A stretch of 20,000 nucleotides of DNA from an uncultured virus (IMG/VR IMGVR_UViG_3300042397_001164) (taxonomy: Duplodnaviria; Heunggongvirae; Uroviricota; Caudoviricetes; Crassvirales), in IMG/VR virus record IMGVR_UViG_3300042397_001164, one strand, 5' to 3'. Shown in pieces: positions 17,200 through 20,000 of the stretch. The translations under genes and the position numbers were made by a program. Below the pieces are notes generated by a model that was given only the letters and a program-made list of their open reading frames with translations, had not been told where the DNA came from and ran no database searches. The number at the start of each line of letters is the position of its first letter. Within the stretch, counting starts at the first letter, position 1.

Positions 17200-17559
17200 T
17201 TATTTATTTTTTTTCATTGCTTTTAAAGCCAAAGCCTTATACCTTTCAGCATTTTTTAAATCCCTTTTACCAGACTCTATTTTTTCATCAGCAGAAGTTC
17301 CAAAAGTTCTAGGATCTTTCAATTTATTATCACCACTTACATAAATACCACCATCTCCATGCTTTATTGCTACTTTTACATTTTCTGAAAATCCGCCTTT
17401 TTCTTCAGGTTGATTCATCAAATAATTAATGTCTTTACCAATATATTTTTTTTGACTATCCCCTAATCTTAGATTTTTATTACCAACATTTTTTAATGAG
17501 TCGGCTACTTCCATTGCTCTTTTAACTGTTATTTTATTTTTTTTAGGAGGCTGTTGCAT
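17200..17559 (-). CDS. Basic hypothetical protein
   Basis: 119 aa, K-rich, tightly packed in operon. Confidence 0.65.
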   Translation of the reverse strand: MQQPPKKNKITVKRAMEVADSLKNVGNKNLRLGDSQKKYIGKDINYLMNQPEEKGGFSENVKVAIKHGDGGIYVSGDNKLKDPRTFGTSADEKIESGKRDLKNAERYKALALKAMKKNK

Positions 17560-17561
17560 AA

Positions 17562-17717
17562 CTATTTTTTTTCTTCTGCTTTAATTTTTTTCTCTTGTTT
17601 CAACATTTCCGGAGTTGGCTTCTTCCCACTTCCTTTGTTGGCGCGAATATTATCCCATAATCCTCTACGAGAATATGATCCATCCGCGCGTTTCATCATT
17701 TGTAGTTTGTTTTTCAT
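17562..17717 (-). CDS. Small basic phage protein (51 aa; not in ORF track)
   Basis: MKNKLQMMKRADGSYSRRGLWDNIRANKGSGKKPTPEMLKQEKKIKAEEKK*; fills the gap exactly; GLWDNI motif. Confidence 0.75.
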   Translation of the reverse strand: MKNKLQMMKRADGSYSRRGLWDNIRANKGSGKKPTPEMLKQEKKIKAEEKK

Positions 17718-17732
17718 ACGCTAATTTACGAA

Positions 17733-17990
17733 TTATTTTTGATTTTCAGCTTTCCATATTACTAAATCTATTCCAGTTAAGTGACTAGGAGGCTCCAAAA
17801 TTGGCTTTTTTTCACTTTGTACTAGTATTTGTACCGATTTGCGTACATCTTCCGAATTTGAGGCGCTTTTGCCGTAATTATCCATCAAATAATTGACCAC
17901 TTGCTGAACAGATGTCAAATTTTGCTCTTTTTGAATCATTTCCAACTTATATAAGTCAAATCTGACTCCAATTGGTTTACTTTTTGCCAT
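17733..17990 (-). CDS. Putative ribbon-helix-helix DNA-binding regulator
   Basis: 85 aa; KPIGVRFD strand followed by two helices (KLEMIQKE, SVQQVVNYLMD); operators upstream. Confidence 0.6.
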   Translation of the reverse strand: MAKSKPIGVRFDLYKLEMIQKEQNLTSVQQVVNYLMDNYGKSASNSEDVRKSVQILVQSEKKPILEPPSHLTGIDLVIWKAENQK

Positions 17991-17999
17991 ATAAAAAAT

Positions 18000-18074
18000 T
18001 GTAGCTACAAAGTTAATATTAAAAAACGAAATGTAGCTACAAAATTAAATTAATTATTGCTAATTGTAGCTACA
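18000..18074. promoter_or_regulatory. Three palindromic TGTAGCTACA operators overlapping a minus-strand -7 box (TAACTTTG, 18008-18015)
   Basis: Exact 10-bp palindrome at 18000, 18032 and 18065. Confidence 0.8.
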
Positions 18075-18075
18075 A

Positions 18076-18305
18076 AATCCCCCCCCTCCCTTACCTTAAA
18101 TCAAAGCTAAGTAAAGCCCAACCAACCACACCACACCGCAACCAATTGCAAGACCAACCGAGCCAAGCCCAAGCCCAACGAAACCCGCGCCACATACCAC
18201 ACGCAAAGGAATTGCAAGAGAAACCACAAAAGCGAGGCACTCGGTCATATATAATTAAAACCCCCATTTTTTTTTTGCGAGGAATTTTACCGCGGGGTAC
18301 CTCAG
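18076..18305. other. Non-coding, strand-biased (C/A-rich on +) block; candidate packaging/terminus region
   Basis: No ORF, GC-richer than flanks, nearly T-free over 18113-18240, short repeats, ends in ccgcggggtacc. Confidence 0.45.
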
Positions 18306-18373
18306 AGAAGTGTTTATGCAGATGATTTTTAAATTTTTTTCGTATTAGAATGATGGAAATGGTGAAAATATGG

Positions 18374-18381
18374 TATATTTG
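18374..18381 (+). promoter_or_regulatory. Bacteroidota -7 box TATATTTG
   Basis: Exact TAnnTTTG 17 nt before ATG 18399. Confidence 0.7.
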
Positions 18382-18398
18382 GGTATAAAAACATAGCT

Positions 18399-18905
18399 AT
18401 GTTAAAATCAATGAAGAAGCTTGGCGGTGGTAAAAGAAAGCCAGCTGAAACAGTTGTTACTTACGAAAAGAAAAAAACGACTGTTGCTCCAAAATCAATA
18501 TCAAAAGCTGATACAGAGGCTAAAATGGCCAGAATTGAAGGCATGAAAGAAGAGCAGGCTGAATTAACTCAGGGTGAAAAAGACTTTGGATCTTCTTATA
18601 AATCATTAGGTTTAAAAGGAACTAGAAGAACAGAAATGGATCCAAAAAGTGGTGATGTTTCAGTAAAAGCTAAATATAAATCTACTGAAGGTGACGAAGA
18701 AGTAGAAAGAATCCCTAATTCTGAGATGCTTAAAGTTAAGAAACTAGGTGAAGCTGCAAAAGCTACAGATTACCCTGAATTTAAAGAAACTTTTAAGGAA
18801 AGAATTGAAAGACTAGCTAGTGAAAAAAAGGCTTCAGGAAGAGCAAAAATGATGGCTATTCTTGATGCTGAAAAAAGAAAGGCTCAAGCTAAAGCAGGAA
18901 TGTAA
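18399..18905 (+). CDS. K/E-rich hypothetical protein
   Basis: 168 aa charged low-complexity ORF after promoter. Confidence 0.7.
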   Translation: MLKSMKKLGGGKRKPAETVVTYEKKKTTVAPKSISKADTEAKMARIEGMKEEQAELTQGEKDFGSSYKSLGLKGTRRTEMDPKSGDVSVKAKYKSTEGDEEVERIPNSEMLKVKKLGEAAKATDYPEFKETFKERIERLASEKKASGRAKMMAILDAEKRKAQAKAGM

Positions 18906-18919
18906 TAAAACATATAAAA

Positions 18920-19168
18920 ATGCAAGGAAATCAAAATAAATTAGATAAAAACCAGAATGGTAAAATTGACTCTCAGGATTTCAAAATTCTAAGAGGTGAA
19001 TCTAAAGAAGTAGGAGAGATGGGAAAGCCTAGTTTAAAGGCTAAATTTGAATCTTCTATGCAGAAGCAATACAAATCCCGTCCAGAGAATCAAATGGAAA
19101 AAAAGGCTCCTATGGGAGATAAAAAGAAGGTATCTAAGTTGTCAATGATGACTAAGTTAAAATACTAA
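18920..19168 (+). CDS. Small basic protein with a single EF-hand-like motif
   Basis: LDKNQNGKIDSQDF fits DxNxNGxIDxxD. Confidence 0.7.
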   Translation: MQGNQNKLDKNQNGKIDSQDFKILRGESKEVGEMGKPSLKAKFESSMQKQYKSRPENQMEKKAPMGDKKKVSKLSMMTKLKY

Positions 19169-19198
19169 AATTGGTTTAGTTGGTTTGTTATTACTTTG

Positions 19199-19227
19199 AG
19201 CCTCCCTTAAAAAAGGAGGTTTTTTTT
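19199..19227 (+). terminator. Rho-independent terminator
   Basis: agcctcc...ggaggt hairpin followed by a T run. Confidence 0.8.
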
Positions 19228-19255
19228 GTCGTTATATGATTGTTTCGTATCTTTA
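19225..19255 (+). promoter_or_regulatory. Variant Bacteroidota promoter TTTG-N19-TATCTTTA
   Basis: tttg at 19225-19228 and tatcttta at 19248-19255, one mismatch to consensus. Confidence 0.5.
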
Positions 19256-19271
19256 TCGTAAACTATACGGA

Positions 19272-19427
19272 ATGAATAAATTAAGAAAAGAAGTTCAACT
19301 TGAACAAGAAATTATTGACAAATTAACTGTTCTAGCAGAAAAAAAGCAATGGTCATTAAAGAAAATGATGGAAACTATTTTGATCAAGGCAGTAAAAAAT
19401 GTATCACTTGAGGAAAGTAATTCTTAA
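19272..19427 (+). CDS. CopG/ribbon-helix-helix DNA-binding protein
   Basis: MNKLRKEVQLEQEIIDKLTVLAEKKQWSLKKMMETILIKAV; start 19272 preferred because 19236 falls within the promoter. Confidence 0.7.
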   Translation: MNKLRKEVQLEQEIIDKLTVLAEKKQWSLKKMMETILIKAVKNVSLEESNS

Positions 19428-19866
19428 CATCACACCTCAAACTCACGTCAGAGCAACACAAGGTGATTCAATATTCTTCAGAATCCCAAGAGATAAGTTA
19501 AGACCAGCCGGCCTAAAAAGACTACTTAGACTAGAGAGGTATAACAACTATAAACTAGAACTTTCAGCTGAGGCAAAAAGAAAATCTTTTGTCATGCCTC
19601 CGGTTGGAGCGTCAATTACATTTGTGATTCCGGTTCCCCCATCTTGGTCCAAGAAGAAAAAGAAATTGTATCATGGTAGATTCCATCAGTCAAAACCAGA
19701 CATAGACAATTTACAAAAAGCTTTCTTGGATTCACTGATGATGGAGGATAAACAGATCGCGCATCTGGAAGTTCAGAAAAGATGGGTTGACTTTGAATCT
19801 GGATGGATTGAAATTACATTAAAAGAATATGAAGATGTCTTAGATCTCCCTACCTCCAAAGAATAA
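19399..19866 (+). CDS. rusA: RusA-family Holliday junction resolvase
   Basis: F.IP.P.SWSKKKK...H.SKPDIDNLQKAFLDSL..EDKQI catalytic motif. Confidence 0.9.
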   Translation: MYHLRKVILNITPQTHVRATQGDSIFFRIPRDKLRPAGLKRLLRLERYNNYKLELSAEAKRKSFVMPPVGASITFVIPVPPSWSKKKKKLYHGRFHQSKPDIDNLQKAFLDSLMMEDKQIAHLEVQKRWVDFESGWIEITLKEYEDVLDLPTSKE

Positions 19867-19902
19867 GCCTCTCGCCAAAGACTCCGCTTTTGTGAGTATT
19901 AT

Positions 19903-20000
19903 ATACGCATAAGCTCTTTTACCAATTCCTAGCACTCTGTAAAATTTTATATATAAAATTTTACAGAGTGCTAGGAATTGGTAAAAGAGCTTATGCGTAT
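19903..20000. repeat. Perfect palindrome of at least 98 bp with no spacer, centre between 19951 and 19952, truncated by window end
   Basis: 19903-19951 is the exact reverse complement of 19952-20000. Confidence 0.97.

Larger units (their letters stand above)
1..20000. mobile_element. Tailed dsDNA bacteriophage genome fragment, probably Bacteroidota-infecting
   Basis: Terminase-portal-capsid module, phage-type replication and recombination genes, many short ORFs, no recognisable host housekeeping genes, TAnnTTTG promoter boxes upstream of operons. Confidence 0.95.

Noticed and set aside
18076..18350. tRNA or known ribozyme in the long intergenic region
   Set aside because: No cloverleaf, no T-loop GTTC motif, and the C/A bias leaves little self-complementarity on +
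1..20000. Stop-codon reassignment as seen in some crAss-like phages
   Set aside because: Standard code gives full-length, tightly packed genes; TAG and TGA terminate genes at sensible positions; no suppressor tRNA seen
19903..20000. Palindrome as an ordinary terminator or IS terminal repeat
   Set aside because: Far longer than a terminator, no loop or U-tail, and no transposase or spacer between the arms

Overview
AT-rich, gene-dense 20-kb fragment of a tailed dsDNA bacteriophage. The host is most likely Bacteroidota: TAnnTTTG -7 promoter boxes lie in front of most operons, leaders are A-rich without Shine-Dalgarno sites, and BT4734-type and DUF4373-type proteins are present. Layout from left to right: (1) a minus-strand head/packaging operon (tandem GroES-like gene, putative TerS, TerL, ~800-aa portal, two small virion proteins, acidic scaffold-like protein, 5' part of the major capsid gene) resembling crAss-like/Bacteroidota podovirus head modules; (2) a divergent pair of paralogous small proteins, one with a poly-Thr tail; (3) a minus-strand replication operon (Cro-like HTH, DUF4373-type initiator with internal 11-bp iteron-like arrays, primase-helicase, SSB); (4) a plus-strand recombination operon (NinG-like, YqaJ-like exonuclease, secreted protein); (5) small basic proteins on both sides of a strongly strand-biased non-coding block preceded by three palindromic operators; (6) a RusA-like resolvase followed by a perfect palindrome of at least 98 bp that runs to the window edge. 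No tRNA, CRISPR array, integrase or DNA polymerase was recognised. All product calls come from motif recognition by eye, not from database searches.
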